Virus record (IMG/VR): IMGVR_UViG_3300036793_000172
Location: 26,808-90,807 of that record
Length of the DNA stretch: 64,000 nucleotides
Strand: one strand, 5' to 3'
Source: a virus
Lineage: Duplodnaviria; Caudoviricetes
A program made the position numbers and the translations under genes. Below are positions 54,937-63,721 of the stretch, in pieces. Positions within the stretch are counted from its first letter, which is position 1. Each line of letters starts with the position of its first letter. A model generated the notes under the pieces. That model made no database searches and was not told where the DNA came from. It saw only the letters and a list, made by a program, of their open reading frames with translations.

Positions 54937-55505
54937 GAGTTGTTTCCGAAGACCGTCGACCACCAACGCGAGGTGCCCGGCGCCGGTGCCGGTTGGAGCG
55001 GGTTGACGCCGAGGGCCTTGTGTTCGGCGTAGGTGGTCGGCTTGGGGTCGTCGGGGTAGACGAGTGTCCTGCCCGCCCTGAGGGAGAAGGGATCTGGCGC
55101 CTCATCCGGGTCCACCAGCTCGACCGGGAGGCCCGTCGCGTTGGCTCGGCGCTTCGCGTCCTTGAACAGCTCGTTCCGGCGGTTCCTGGCCGCCTCGTTC
55201 CGGAGCTTGGTCTCTTCCTTGTCCCGGCGCAGCCGCGTCAACACGGGTCCGTTCTCGTCTTCCGGCAACGACACGTCGCTCGTCGGCATGATCGTCAAGG
55301 AGTTGCTGCGGTCGGGAACCCACACCACGGACAGGGTGGGGCCCCAGGTGAGCATCACGGCCTTGCCCAGCTTGTAGCGATCCATCTGTTGGTGTCCGCC
55401 GCCGGGCATCAGCAAGCTTCGCGGATCACCCCGGTCCTCCAGGTAGATCACGGCTGTACCGTTGGGGATGGGCGTGGGTGCAGTGTCCGCCGGTTCAGTG
55501 GTCAT
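54933..55505 (-). CDS. Hypothetical protein
   Basis: ATGA overlap; SH3-like N-terminus then coiled coil. Confidence 0.6.
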   Translation of the reverse strand: MTTEPADTAPTPIPNGTAVIYLEDRGDPRSLLMPGGGHQQMDRYKLGKAVMLTWGPTLSVVWVPDRSNSLTIMPTSDVSLPEDENGPVLTRLRRDKEETKLRNEAARNRRNELFKDAKRRANATGLPVELVDPDEAPDPFSLRAGRTLVYPDDPKPTTYAEHKALGVNPLQPAPAPGTSRWWSTVFGNNS

Positions 55506-55789
55506 GGCTGGTATCCCTTCGGCAGTAGGAGTTCTCCGTCTCGTTCGCGGAGGTAGATGTGGTCGTAGTGGATGATCTCCAGGTCCGGGTAGTAGATCCG
55601 GCGAAGGTCCATCGCCACGTCCAGGTTCGAGTTGCATTGGGCGCGGATGCGGCGACCGAAGTGGTAGAAGGCGATTCCCTTGTCGGGGTGCACGATCCAC
55701 CAGCAGCCGTCGAAGTGGTGGATAGTGCCTCCGGGCGGGTTCACCAGGAGGATCGCGGGCACGTAGACGCGCTTGACCTGGGGGATCAT
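55502..55789 (-). CDS. Hypothetical protein
   Basis: ATGA overlap. Confidence 0.6.
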   Translation of the reverse strand: MIPQVKRVYVPAILLVNPPGGTIHHFDGCWWIVHPDKGIAFYHFGRRIRAQCNSNLDVAMDLRRIYYPDLEIIHYDHIYLRERDGELLLPKGYQP

Positions 55790-56010
55790 GATGACGAGTT
55801 CGCGTAGAAGTAGCCGCACCAGAAGTGCGCGAAGCACTTGTCCTCGGCGGAGAGGCCCGCGTCGATCGCGATCCGCTGCTGCGCCTTCGCCGTGGCGTCC
55901 GCGTCGTTGACCGGGTAGCGCACGACCTCGTTCTCGGTGTGCTCCTCGTAGAGGACCACGTCGTTGCCGATCTGCTGGATCAGGTACTGCTCACTGGGCA
56001 GCCGGGCCAT
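55786..56010 (-). CDS. Hypothetical protein
   Basis: YLIQQIGNDVVLYEE...FAHFWCGYFYA. Confidence 0.65.
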   Translation of the reverse strand: MARLPSEQYLIQQIGNDVVLYEEHTENEVVRYPVNDADATAKAQQRIAIDAGLSAEDKCFAHFWCGYFYANSSS

Positions 56011-57001
56011 CGGGTACCCCCTCTCGCAGGAACACCTTCAGGGTTCGGCGGTCGTCCTGGTAGGAGACACTGACGTTGAAGACCGGGTTGAGAACGAGCC
56101 TCCGGCCGTCTTGGTCGATGACCTCGAAGCGGGTCACGTTCGCGGCCGGGTTCGAGTCATGATCCGCTGAGCGCTCAGCCAGGTCCGGGCTGCCGGACAC
56201 CAGACCAACCAACCCGGACCGTCGAGTCAGTCGGCTGTCCCGAACCGCGCGGCGCTCGTCGTCCGTGGGGTCCCGGAACTGGACGTCGGAGACCTCTTCC
56301 TCGTTCTCGTTGAACTGCTCAGGGTCGGCCGCGAGGGCATCGGCCACGGCCGTCACTCGGTCGGCGTCGGACTCGATGACCAACCCGATGGGCGACAGGC
56401 CTTCTTCGGCGCGGCGCTCGTTGGCGGCGGCGACCTTCGCCTCGACCTCGGCCGGGATGTCGCGCGCTTGGGCCTCTTCGAACGCAGCGGCGAACTCGGG
56501 GTTCTTCTTGGCGTCGTCCAGGTATTCCTGGAACTCGTCGCGGGCCGCCTCCGGGAACAGGTCCGCCACGTCGATGGTTTCCCGTTCGGTCAGGTACGCC
56601 CAGAAGCCGTGACCACAGGACGGGCACGTCACGCGGTTGTCGTCGTCGCGGGCCGGGGCGTCGTCGTTCAGGTGTTCGCTGCCGGACCTGAACCCTAGGG
56701 CTGGAGGTTCAGGCGCCGGGGTGCGGTCGAGGATGGCACGGAACCGATCGAGGATCCAGTCCAAACCATGGTCACGCACCCATCGCATCCCGTTGCCTTC
56801 CCAACGGTCCAGCTCGGTAGTGAGCGCACGGATCCGAGGGTCTTCACTGACCGGGGCGAGCTGGGCAGACTCGTCGAGCAACGCAGGGTTGCCGCAGGGG
56901 TTGTCGTAGGGTTCGACCTTCGCGGTGTAGAGCGTGCCGTCGATCTGGACGAACAGGCCCAGCGTCGGGTGCCAACGAAGATCAGGCATCTGCTCGGTCA
57001 T
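55991..57001 (-). CDS. Mosaic hypothetical protein
   Basis: 336 aa; CPSCGH; C-terminal VTRFEVID...SYQDD.RTLKVF segment. Confidence 0.65.
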   Translation of the reverse strand: MTEQMPDLRWHPTLGLFVQIDGTLYTAKVEPYDNPCGNPALLDESAQLAPVSEDPRIRALTTELDRWEGNGMRWVRDHGLDWILDRFRAILDRTPAPEPPALGFRSGSEHLNDDAPARDDDNRVTCPSCGHGFWAYLTERETIDVADLFPEAARDEFQEYLDDAKKNPEFAAAFEEAQARDIPAEVEAKVAAANERRAEEGLSPIGLVIESDADRVTAVADALAADPEQFNENEEEVSDVQFRDPTDDERRAVRDSRLTRRSGLVGLVSGSPDLAERSADHDSNPAANVTRFEVIDQDGRRLVLNPVFNVSVSYQDDRRTLKVFLREGVPDGPAAQ

Positions 57002-57633
57002 CGGCTTGCCTTCCGAAGGATGTTTTCGATCATGTCGAGGACTTCGTCGTCGAACGGCTTGCGCCCGAAACCCGTCTGCACCACATTCCGTGAAGCCAAC
57101 GCCGCATGAAGTTCCAAGATCAAGGGATCATCGACACCGAGGAACGTCCGCACGCTTCCCATGCGCTTGGACAAGGTTCCTCCCTCGGATTCGAGGTGTT
57201 CCTTGATCTTCGCGATGCGGGGGCCTTCGTCGATGTGGGAAAGTGCTTGTGCCGCAAGCGCATTGCCCGGCCACTCGTCATCAGGCCCGGCGCCGATCGC
57301 GTCGAGGATCATGCGCTGCAATCTCTCGATCTGCCGGGCATTGAAGTCGCGCGTCTGCACGGCCATGCTGGCCAGCCCCGCCACCTCTTCCTCAAGGGCG
57401 TTCGCCCGTGCCAACGCCTCGTCACGCTGCTCCACGAGCCTGTGCCCGGCGCGCTGGGCATCGTTGCGCTGGGAGATGACGGCGCGGACCGCACGGCGCG
57501 TCTGAGACGGGTCCATGCCCTCAAAGGACGAGTCATCCAAGGCGCTCTGTACTTCGCGCAACACTTCGCTCAGTTCCGCCTTCAGGCGGTCGTTCTCGCC
57601 TTCGAGGCTCGCGATGTATTCCTCGGTGCTCAT
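56998..57633 (-). CDS. Coiled-coil protein
   Basis: Long heptad region. Confidence 0.65.
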   Translation of the reverse strand: MSTEEYIASLEGENDRLKAELSEVLREVQSALDDSSFEGMDPSQTRRAVRAVISQRNDAQRAGHRLVEQRDEALARANALEEEVAGLASMAVQTRDFNARQIERLQRMILDAIGAGPDDEWPGNALAAQALSHIDEGPRIAKIKEHLESEGGTLSKRMGSVRTFLGVDDPLILELHAALASRNVVQTGFGRKPFDDEVLDMIENILRKASR

Positions 57634-58124
57634 CAGTCAGCCTCCACAGTGGACTCGGTCACGGCGAGGAACAGCTCGTGGATCTTCGCGTGGGTTTCGC
57701 CGTACTGGTCATTCCACTCGTCGATCTGTTCCTGCGTGCGGCGATCAGGGCTGTGGTAGTCGCCCCGGCGGAGTCGTTCCATCCACAAGAACATCGGCTG
57801 CTGCTTGCGCTTACGAGCCGCGAACAACGGCGAGATGTAGCCCTCCCAGTAGTTCGAGCCGATCTCCTTCAAGTCGGCGATCGTGTCCTTCAACAACGGC
57901 AAGTCCTCGGGGAGGATGTCCTCGCCGTCGGCCACGCCCCAGCCGAACGTGTCGCTGCACAGCAGCCAGAACGTCGGGTAGTCGACGTACACGGGCTTGT
58001 GCGGGTTGTACGGAGTCGCGTGGAAGTGCCAGTACAGCTCGTCCTCGATGTCCAGCTCGCGGAAGGTCTTCAAGATCTCGACCACGTAGTCCCACCGCTC
58101 ATGGGCCGGTTCGGTGCACGTCAT
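57633..58124 (-). CDS. Hypothetical protein
   Basis: CSDTFGWGVADGEDI motif. Confidence 0.65.
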   Translation of the reverse strand: MTCTEPAHERWDYVVEILKTFRELDIEDELYWHFHATPYNPHKPVYVDYPTFWLLCSDTFGWGVADGEDILPEDLPLLKDTIADLKEIGSNYWEGYISPLFAARKRKQQPMFLWMERLRRGDYHSPDRRTQEQIDEWNDQYGETHAKIHELFLAVTESTVEAD

Positions 58125-58596
58125 CCTTCTCAACCTCCTTACGGGGCAAGTGTTTGCGCAGGTTCGACACGAGAGACAGGTCCTTGTCCACTGGGTAGCC
58201 GCGACGCGTGAGGAGCGTGAGCACGTCGTTGATCTCGCCGATGAACTTGTCGTTCTCCTCAATCAGGTCCTGGCGCGACTCGGTCATCGCCGTGAGCGCG
58301 GCACGTGCCAGTCGCCGGTAGTCCTCTTTGGCGTAGTCCTCGACCTTCTCCCAGTCGGAGAGGGGGAAATCGGCATGTCGCTCGGCCTCGGCGTGCCACA
58401 TGGCGCGCGCAACGTGCTCGACCTCGTCCGGCAGCGTCCCGCCTTGGAAGATCTTCAGGGCCGCTCGGGCACTGGCCTGGTACGCGATGATGCCCACCTT
58501 GAAGTCGCGTTCGCCGAGCGGTTCGCCCCAGACCACTTCGTGATGTGTATTGGCGATCGCGCGGGCGACGCGGTCGATCAGCAAGTCGTCCGTCAT
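58099..58596 (-). CDS. Hypothetical protein with two VARA...Y...ARAAL units
   Basis: Internal duplication visible in the translation. Confidence 0.65.
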   Translation of the reverse strand: MTDDLLIDRVARAIANTHHEVVWGEPLGERDFKVGIIAYQASARAALKIFQGGTLPDEVEHVARAMWHAEAERHADFPLSDWEKVEDYAKEDYRRLARAALTAMTESRQDLIEENDKFIGEINDVLTLLTRRGYPVDKDLSLVSNLRKHLPRKEVEKDDVHRTGP

Positions 58597-58994
58597 GCGT
58601 CCTCCTCGTCGTACGCGAGAAGCGGGATGGGGCCGGTGATCTCCTCGGGCTTTTCGGCGTGGTCGACGCGCACGCTCTCCACCTTGATCGTCTCGGCCGG
58701 GCGCTTCCACGACAGCTCGTAGTCGCCCGGCAGGTCCACGTCCGTGTCGAGGGCCCAGTCGTCCCGTACGGCGTTCTTCTCGTCGGCGAGGACCTTGGCC
58801 TCGATCTCGGCCGCGTTCGCGTCAGCGGCGTCCTGGACGGCCTTCTCGACCTCGTCCATGAACGGCTGGAACTCGGGTGTGGTGAAGTCCGGCAGGTCCT
58901 CGTGCTTGAGCAGCGCCATCACGGCGTTGAACTCGGGCAGGGCCTCGGCGGGGGCGTTCACGACGCGGGGCAACGTGTGCTGCTTGACGGGCAT
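58593..58994 (-). CDS. Acidic hypothetical protein
   Basis: GAGGAG SD. Confidence 0.65.
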   Translation of the reverse strand: MPVKQHTLPRVVNAPAEALPEFNAVMALLKHEDLPDFTTPEFQPFMDEVEKAVQDAADANAAEIEAKVLADEKNAVRDDWALDTDVDLPGDYELSWKRPAETIKVESVRVDHAEKPEEITGPIPLLAYDEEDA

Positions 58995-59014
58995 GCTGGT
59001 CTCCTCAGTAATGA

Positions 59015-59302
59015 TCAGTGAAGGCGAAGGTGTTCGGGCATCAGTCCGCATACGACGAGCGATTGCCAGAGAACCGGCTGGTCACCGAACCGCTCGCGCG
59101 CAGCCAGCCGGAGTGGCAGGTTCGACACGACGTACATGTTCTCCGGTCGGGTGCCCAACGCCTTCGCCGTCTCGATCTTGGCGTTGGCGATCACGTCGGC
59201 CAGGTCGACACCGGTCACCGTGACCGACACCTCGCTGGTGATCTCGTCCTCGTAGGACGGCGGCCCGTCGGGGTTCTCCTCCTTGGGCTTCCTACTCGTC
59301 AT
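59015..59302 (-). CDS. Hypothetical protein
   Basis: Packed operon. Confidence 0.6.
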   Translation of the reverse strand: MTSRKPKEENPDGPPSYEDEITSEVSVTVTGVDLADVIANAKIETAKALGTRPENMYVVSNLPLRLAARERFGDQPVLWQSLVVCGLMPEHLRLH

Positions 59303-59570
59303 TGCGGGCCCCGAACTGGCGCAGGAGCCGGTTGTGCGCGAACACCGCGTGCTGAGCCGAGTGGGGCGTGTGGTGCGTCGCCACGGGGATGTCCTGCTCG
59401 CGGTCGCCGGACGGGTGCTCGGCGTACACGTGGATGTTGTAGTGCGTGCCCACGCGCCAGGGCAGTTCCGTCACGTCCAGCTCGGACACGGCCGGGATGC
59501 CGTTCTTGAAGGCCTCCTCCAGCTTCGCCGGGTCCTCGTCGTCCTCGTAGAATTCGCCCGCGCGGATCAC
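59292..59570 (-). CDS. Hypothetical protein
   Basis: LPWRVGTH...IHVYA...AVFAHN. Confidence 0.6.
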   Translation of the reverse strand: MIRAGEFYEDDEDPAKLEEAFKNGIPAVSELDVTELPWRVGTHYNIHVYAEHPSGDREQDIPVATHHTPHSAQHAVFAHNRLLRQFGARNDE

Positions 59571-59890
59571 TCGTCGTCCTCTCCGAGCGAAGCCCCGCCA
59601 CCGACACACTCGCCGTCGACCTTCGCGGCCAGCTCTGCGGCCTTGGCGTGGATCTTCTCCATGGAGTCGTCGTCCCAGCTGAACCCGGGCGCGTGGGCGA
59701 TCACCGTGCTGGTGGTCGTGCGCGGCGTGTAGGGCGGCACCTTGGGGTTGCCGTAGACGAACGGGACGCCCGCCTTGTAGTGGAAGACATCCGTCTTGTC
59801 GTCCACCGTCCAGCCCTCGGCCCGGCAGAGCTTGATCAGCTCCGTGGCGGCTTCCTCGGACGGCACATCGAAATCAAGATCACGGATCAT
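59567..59890 (-). CDS. Hypothetical protein
   Basis: GAAGGAGG SD. Confidence 0.6.
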   Translation of the reverse strand: MIRDLDFDVPSEEAATELIKLCRAEGWTVDDKTDVFHYKAGVPFVYGNPKVPPYTPRTTTSTVIAHAPGFSWDDDSMEKIHAKAAELAAKVDGECVGGGASLGEDDE

Positions 59891-60369
59891 CGCTGCCTCC
59901 TTCTCCGGGCGCGCATGCGCCGCGTGTACTCGGGTCCATAGGGATTGCTGATCATGGTGCGTTCCGCCGCCGTGTAGTGGCCTCGGGAACCCTTGTCGCA
60001 CGGGCACAGAACCGGCCCCCACGCCACGCCTGTGGAGGTGCAGCAGCGCGGGCAGTAGAGGATCGTGCAGCAGCCGTACTGGCACTGACGGCGGATCTCG
60101 TCCACGTCGTCAGGGGCCCCGCAGCAGTCGCGCGACTTCACCGGGATCGGACCTGGACAGCCGTAGCCCTTGCTCATGTCGAAGCCAGGCCCGAAGAAGT
60201 GCGAGAAGCCGGAGCAGTCGCACGTGGCTCTCTCGATGTACACGCCGGTGGCGGTGATCTCGGCGACCTGCTCCTCGGTCAGCCACCGGCGGTGGATACC
60301 CACCGACGCGGGTCGGCGCTCCTCGACGAAGTACTCGACGGTGACGGTGTAGTCCGTGTCCTCAGCCAC
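59887..60369 (-). CDS. Cys-rich protein
   Basis: More than ten Cys in clusters. Confidence 0.6.
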   Translation of the reverse strand: MAEDTDYTVTVEYFVEERRPASVGIHRRWLTEEQVAEITATGVYIERATCDCSGFSHFFGPGFDMSKGYGCPGPIPVKSRDCCGAPDDVDEIRRQCQYGCCTILYCPRCCTSTGVAWGPVLCPCDKGSRGHYTAAERTMISNPYGPEYTRRMRARRRRQR

Positions 60370-60973
60370 CCATGGCCTCCCGGTTCATCTCTTCGATCTG
60401 CTCGGGCGTGAGGTCCCAGAACCGGTAAGTCTCCGAGCTGGGCTTGTGGATGAGACCGGTGCCGTAACCGTTCCGGTTCAGCTCCTGAACCTTGGCGATC
60501 TTCACGGGTCCGAAGGTGCCCTGCGCGTTGGTCATCGACAGTGCCACGGTGCCGGTCTCGGGGTCGGTCGTGCCCTGATCGCGCAAGGCGATGCGGATCG
60601 CCATCTCGGCAATGTTCGCAGCGTCTCCGTAGTCGGCGCCGTCCTCGACGCGCGTGAAGATCAGGATCGGCACGTCGTACGGGCTGACGTTGCCCTTGAG
60701 CTTCGCGATCTCCGCCTTCAGCGCCTCGTTCTCGGCCTTCAGGTCCTGGAGCGTGACCGACTCGGCGAGCAGGGCGTCGCGGGCGGTCTCATCACTGCGG
60801 GCCAGGAACGCAGTCAACTCCGAGATCTCGTCCGCACACTGCTCGCACCCGTTGTTCTTCGGATACTTCGGCATCTCGCCGTCCCGGACCACGGGGCAGT
60901 TCTGGGACAAGTCGTACTTGCACCCGTGCACCGGGCAACAGTGGGAGATGTGCACCTCTTGAGTGGTCACCAC
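60362..60973 (-). CDS. Hypothetical protein
   Basis: HCCPVHGCKY N-terminus, coiled coil. Confidence 0.65.
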   Translation of the reverse strand: MVTTQEVHISHCCPVHGCKYDLSQNCPVVRDGEMPKYPKNNGCEQCADEISELTAFLARSDETARDALLAESVTLQDLKAENEALKAEIAKLKGNVSPYDVPILIFTRVEDGADYGDAANIAEMAIRIALRDQGTTDPETGTVALSMTNAQGTFGPVKIAKVQELNRNGYGTGLIHKPSSETYRFWDLTPEQIEEMNREAMGG

Positions 60974-61134
60974 GCCTCACGGCGAAGGTCCGCCTTGCCC
61001 CACTGGCGCTCGCGCTTGTTGGCCTTGCGCTTGATCTTGGCGATCTGGCCCGACTTCCAGCGCAGCAGCGGGCGCGACTTCCGGCTGAAGGCGTCGGCCT
61101 CGTCACCGTCGATGGCGATGCGCTTCTCGATCAT
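60967..61134 (-). CDS. Small basic protein
   Basis: Not in the ORF track; MIEKRIAIDGDEADAFSR...KRKANKRER, strong SD. Confidence 0.65.
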   Translation of the reverse strand: MIEKRIAIDGDEADAFSRKSRPLLRWKSGQIAKIKRKANKRERQWGKADLRREAW

Positions 61135-61167
61135 GGGGTCCTCCTCCGTGGGGGGTGGTCAGGTTCC

Positions 61168-61196
61168 ATCCTGGAGTATGGGTGACTGTTTGTCAA
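61168..61196 (-). promoter_or_regulatory. Early promoter TTGACA-N17-CAGGAT
   Basis: Canonical -35. Confidence 0.7.
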
Positions 61197-61411
61197 GGGT
61201 TTTGATGGGTCCACACATCGAACTCGTAGCCGTAGAAGGTCTCTACGAGCCCGTCGGCCTTCGCGGTGATCTCGATGCCCGGGAACTGCTCGAAGGCCTC
61301 CAGGACGTTCAGGAGCCGCCGGAGGCCGTCCAAGGTATCGGCCTTGATGATCAGCGTGGCGGTCGGCTTCTTCGGCGGCTCGTCGGTGTCGTCGCGCATG
61401 AACTGGGGCAT
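61193..61411 (-). CDS. Hypothetical protein
   Basis: MPQFMRDD start after AGGAG. Confidence 0.55.
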   Translation of the reverse strand: MPQFMRDDTDEPPKKPTATLIIKADTLDGLRRLLNVLEAFEQFPGIEITAKADGLVETFYGYEFDVWTHQNP

Positions 61412-61475
61412 GATCTTTTCCTCTCCTGGAACGAGAAAACGGCGGACAGGTTGCCCCATCCGCCGCTCTCGTCGA

Positions 61476-63107
61476 TCAGTCTTCCCAGGGCCACGTCCCG
61501 GCCTGCCCGGCCTCAAGCAACTTGATCTGCTTGAAGGTCTGGTCCGTCACGCCGCCGATCTCGTACCGATTCTTGCCGGACGGGATCATGGCCTGCGCGT
61601 ACCCGGCCAGGTTGAACGCGTACATCGGCACGGTCGCGGGGATCGCGTCGGTGACGTTGCCGGTGCCCCAGTAGTTGCCACCGCCGAAGGTCTGGCCGTC
61701 GGTGAAGATCACCACGCGGTCGTGCTTCGCGTAGGTCTTCGTGACCGCCTTGGCGGTCTGGGTGCCGTAGCCGACCGAACCCGACTTGGCCGTGAAGCGC
61801 TCGACCTCACGCAGCACCGAGGCGCCGGGCTTGATCGTGTGCTTGAACTGGTCGTCGGCGAACCCGTACAGGTCCACCGCCTCGCCCTTCTTCGCCAACG
61901 CGACGGCGAAGAGCGCGCCCATCTCCATCATGGTCATCTGCGAGCGCTCCGAGGGGCGACCCTCCATCGAGCCCGAGGTGTCCACGAGGATCAGCGTGCG
62001 CCCACCCAGCTCCGGGATGTTCTGGGTGGACAGGTCCAGGGCCGCCTCCAACGCCGGGGCGTAGGTGACGCTGTCCAGGGCCTTGTACGCGCTCAGGAAG
62101 CGATACGGGAACTGGCGCGACCGAGCCACCTGGGCCGGGTCCTCCAGCTTCGCAGCGACCGCCTGAGCGGCCGGACGGGCGATGCCAGCCTGGTCGAAGT
62201 TGCGGAGGTTCCGCAGCGTCGCCATGTACGGCATCGTCGGGATGACGCTCTCCCAGAAGGACGCGTCCAGCGTGCCGCCGAGCCAGCTCGACAGCCACTC
62301 CCAGGTGACGCCCGCACGCTTGAGCAGGTCACCCTGCTCGTTGCTGGCCAGGAACTCGCGACGCTTGTCGGCGGGGACCGCCTGAAGCTCGGCGCGGGCG
62401 TTGACCATCTCCAGCAGCGGGTACTGCTTGTCGCCGTCCTTGCCGCGACGGCGGTCGACGAGCCAGCCGTAGAGCTGCTCCTGCTTCTCGGTCGCCGAGG
62501 TTGCGTGCACGAGCTGCACCACGTCGCCGAAGCGCACCGACTTGCCCGCCGTGTCGTACTTCAGCGCCGAGTACTCGCTGTAGATCTTCGCGAGGGCGTT
62601 GTCGATGCCACGCTTGAGCGGCTTCGGCAGCTTCACCGTCTCGTCGCCGTAGTGCTGCTTCCAGTAGGCGAGCAGCTCTCCGGCCTCGTCGGCACGCTGA
62701 AGAACCGACGACACCAGCTCGCTGTTGGTCGGCCCGGCCAGCTCGGTGCCCGGGTTCGCGGCCACGTAGCTGAGGCGCGCCTTCACACCCTCGGCCACGG
62801 CCACCAGCGGCGCGGAACGCATGTTGCCCTCCGAGCGCAGCCACGCGACGAACTTGGCGAACCACTCAGGCTCGTTCACCGCGACGGTGCGGGCGAGCGT
62901 GGCGAAGCGGTTGTCGCGGTCGTCCGCCTTCTCGTAGAAGGTGTCCTCCCCGACGAAGTTGCCCACGCCGAGCAGGAACAGCTCCGAGAGATTGTCGCGC
63001 TTGTACGCCGGGGCTCCCTCGTAGGTGACGGTGTCCGGCGTGGTGGAAACGGTCTTGATGACGGCGCGGGACCGGGTGCTGGTCTTCGCCTGCGAGAACT
63101 TTGCCAT
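61476..63107 (-). CDS. rsr: Ro60-related TROVE-VWA RNA-binding protein
   Basis: TYEGAPAY...ELFLLGV..FVGEDTFYE, LRSEGNMRS, KRG...A...Y....LKYD, MPYMATLRNLRN, LILVDTSGSM MIDAS, DRVVIFTDGQ. Confidence 0.95.
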   Translation of the reverse strand: MAKFSQAKTSTRSRAVIKTVSTTPDTVTYEGAPAYKRDNLSELFLLGVGNFVGEDTFYEKADDRDNRFATLARTVAVNEPEWFAKFVAWLRSEGNMRSAPLVAVAEGVKARLSYVAANPGTELAGPTNSELVSSVLQRADEAGELLAYWKQHYGDETVKLPKPLKRGIDNALAKIYSEYSALKYDTAGKSVRFGDVVQLVHATSATEKQEQLYGWLVDRRRGKDGDKQYPLLEMVNARAELQAVPADKRREFLASNEQGDLLKRAGVTWEWLSSWLGGTLDASFWESVIPTMPYMATLRNLRNFDQAGIARPAAQAVAAKLEDPAQVARSRQFPYRFLSAYKALDSVTYAPALEAALDLSTQNIPELGGRTLILVDTSGSMEGRPSERSQMTMMEMGALFAVALAKKGEAVDLYGFADDQFKHTIKPGASVLREVERFTAKSGSVGYGTQTAKAVTKTYAKHDRVVIFTDGQTFGGGNYWGTGNVTDAIPATVPMYAFNLAGYAQAMIPSGKNRYEIGGVTDQTFKQIKLLEAGQAGTWPWED

Positions 63108-63152
63108 GAGGCACTCCCCTTTCGGTAAGGGGGAAACCCGCTCCTGGTGGGT

Positions 63153-63276
63153 GACGGCGAGAAAGGGTCGCTCAGTGGAGGTAACTAGCGCCATGCCATC
63201 CCCGAAGGGATGCCCGGAATCGAACCGGGTTGTTCATTTTCTAGATGAAGTATCCACTGTGCTGCGCACCGCCGTC
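63153..63276 (-). ncRNA. yrlA: YrlA-like Y RNA with permuted tRNA-like domain
   Basis: 7-bp terminal stem GACGGCG/CGCCGTC; inner CAGTGGA/TCCACTG; T-arm CCCGG-TTCGATT-CCGGG; UUCG-capped CATCCC/GGGATG stem; directly upstream of rsr. Confidence 0.8.
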
Positions 63277-63292
63277 TCCCGAAGGAGTCGAG

Positions 63293-63368
63293 CCTCCCGA
63301 GAATGAATCGAGTGTGGACTGTTGAGGGTTACGAATCCTGAAGTAACCACACTCTGCGCACCGGGAGG
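63293..63368 (-). ncRNA. Second, short Y-RNA-like element without tRNA domain
   Basis: CCTCCCG/CGGGAGG terminal stem; AGTGTGG/CCACACT; shares CGGTGCGCAG...GG(A/T)TACTTC with the first element. Confidence 0.7.
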
Positions 63369-63374
63369 TACACG

Positions 63375-63447
63375 CTGCCCTGCCAGGCCTCGAACCTGGA
63401 ACCTCCGGTACCAAAGACCGGCGCGCTTCCTCTTGCGCTACAGGGCA
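63375..63447 (-). tRNA. tRNA-Gln(TTG)
   Basis: Acceptor TGCCCTG/CAGGGCA; anticodon arm CCGGT-CTTTGGT-ACCGG; T-loop TTCGAGG; no encoded CCA. Confidence 0.9.
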
Positions 63448-63454
63448 ATCTGAA

Positions 63455-63610
63455 CTACTCGCGGGGTGAGATACGAACCTCTGTCCCACCCTGTGAAGGA
63501 GCTTCAATCAGCTCCGGGCTGTTCTGTGCGAACTTGATCTGTGCGTCGCTGTGCGACTCGGCTTGCACCGTCCACTCTGTCCGGACGGTCTTGACGATCT
63601 TGTATTCCAC
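63455..63610 (-). CDS. Small hypothetical protein between tRNAs
   Basis: GTG after GGAGG; MEYKIVKTVRTEWTVQAES. Confidence 0.6.
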   Translation of the reverse strand: MEYKIVKTVRTEWTVQAESHSDAQIKFAQNSPELIEAPSQGGTEVRISPRE

Positions 63611-63636
63611 AGTTCCTCCACTACAGAACGTTTGAG

Positions 63637-63710
63637 CTGCCCACCCACGATTCGAACGTGGAACCTTCGGCACCAGAGGCCGACGCTACTGCCAGTTGAG
63701 CTAGTGGGCA
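63637..63710 (-). tRNA. tRNA-Gln(CTG)
   Basis: Acceptor TGCCCAC/GTGGGCA; anticodon arm TCGGC-CTCTGGT-GCCGA; T-loop TTCGAAT; no CCA. Confidence 0.9.
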
Positions 63711-63721
63711 CCGAGCACCGC

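Noticed and set aside
63108-63194. N-terminal extension of the TROVE ORF to 63194 as in the ORF track
   Set aside because: The extension overlaps the YrlA RNA; the ATG at 63107 has an SD and gives the typical MAKF N-terminus
63153-63276. tRNA-Ser(AGA) or pseudo-tRNA call
   Set aside because: Arm order is permuted, the acceptor-like stem is closed by a UUCG loop, and the unit sits in a long Y-type stem next to rsr
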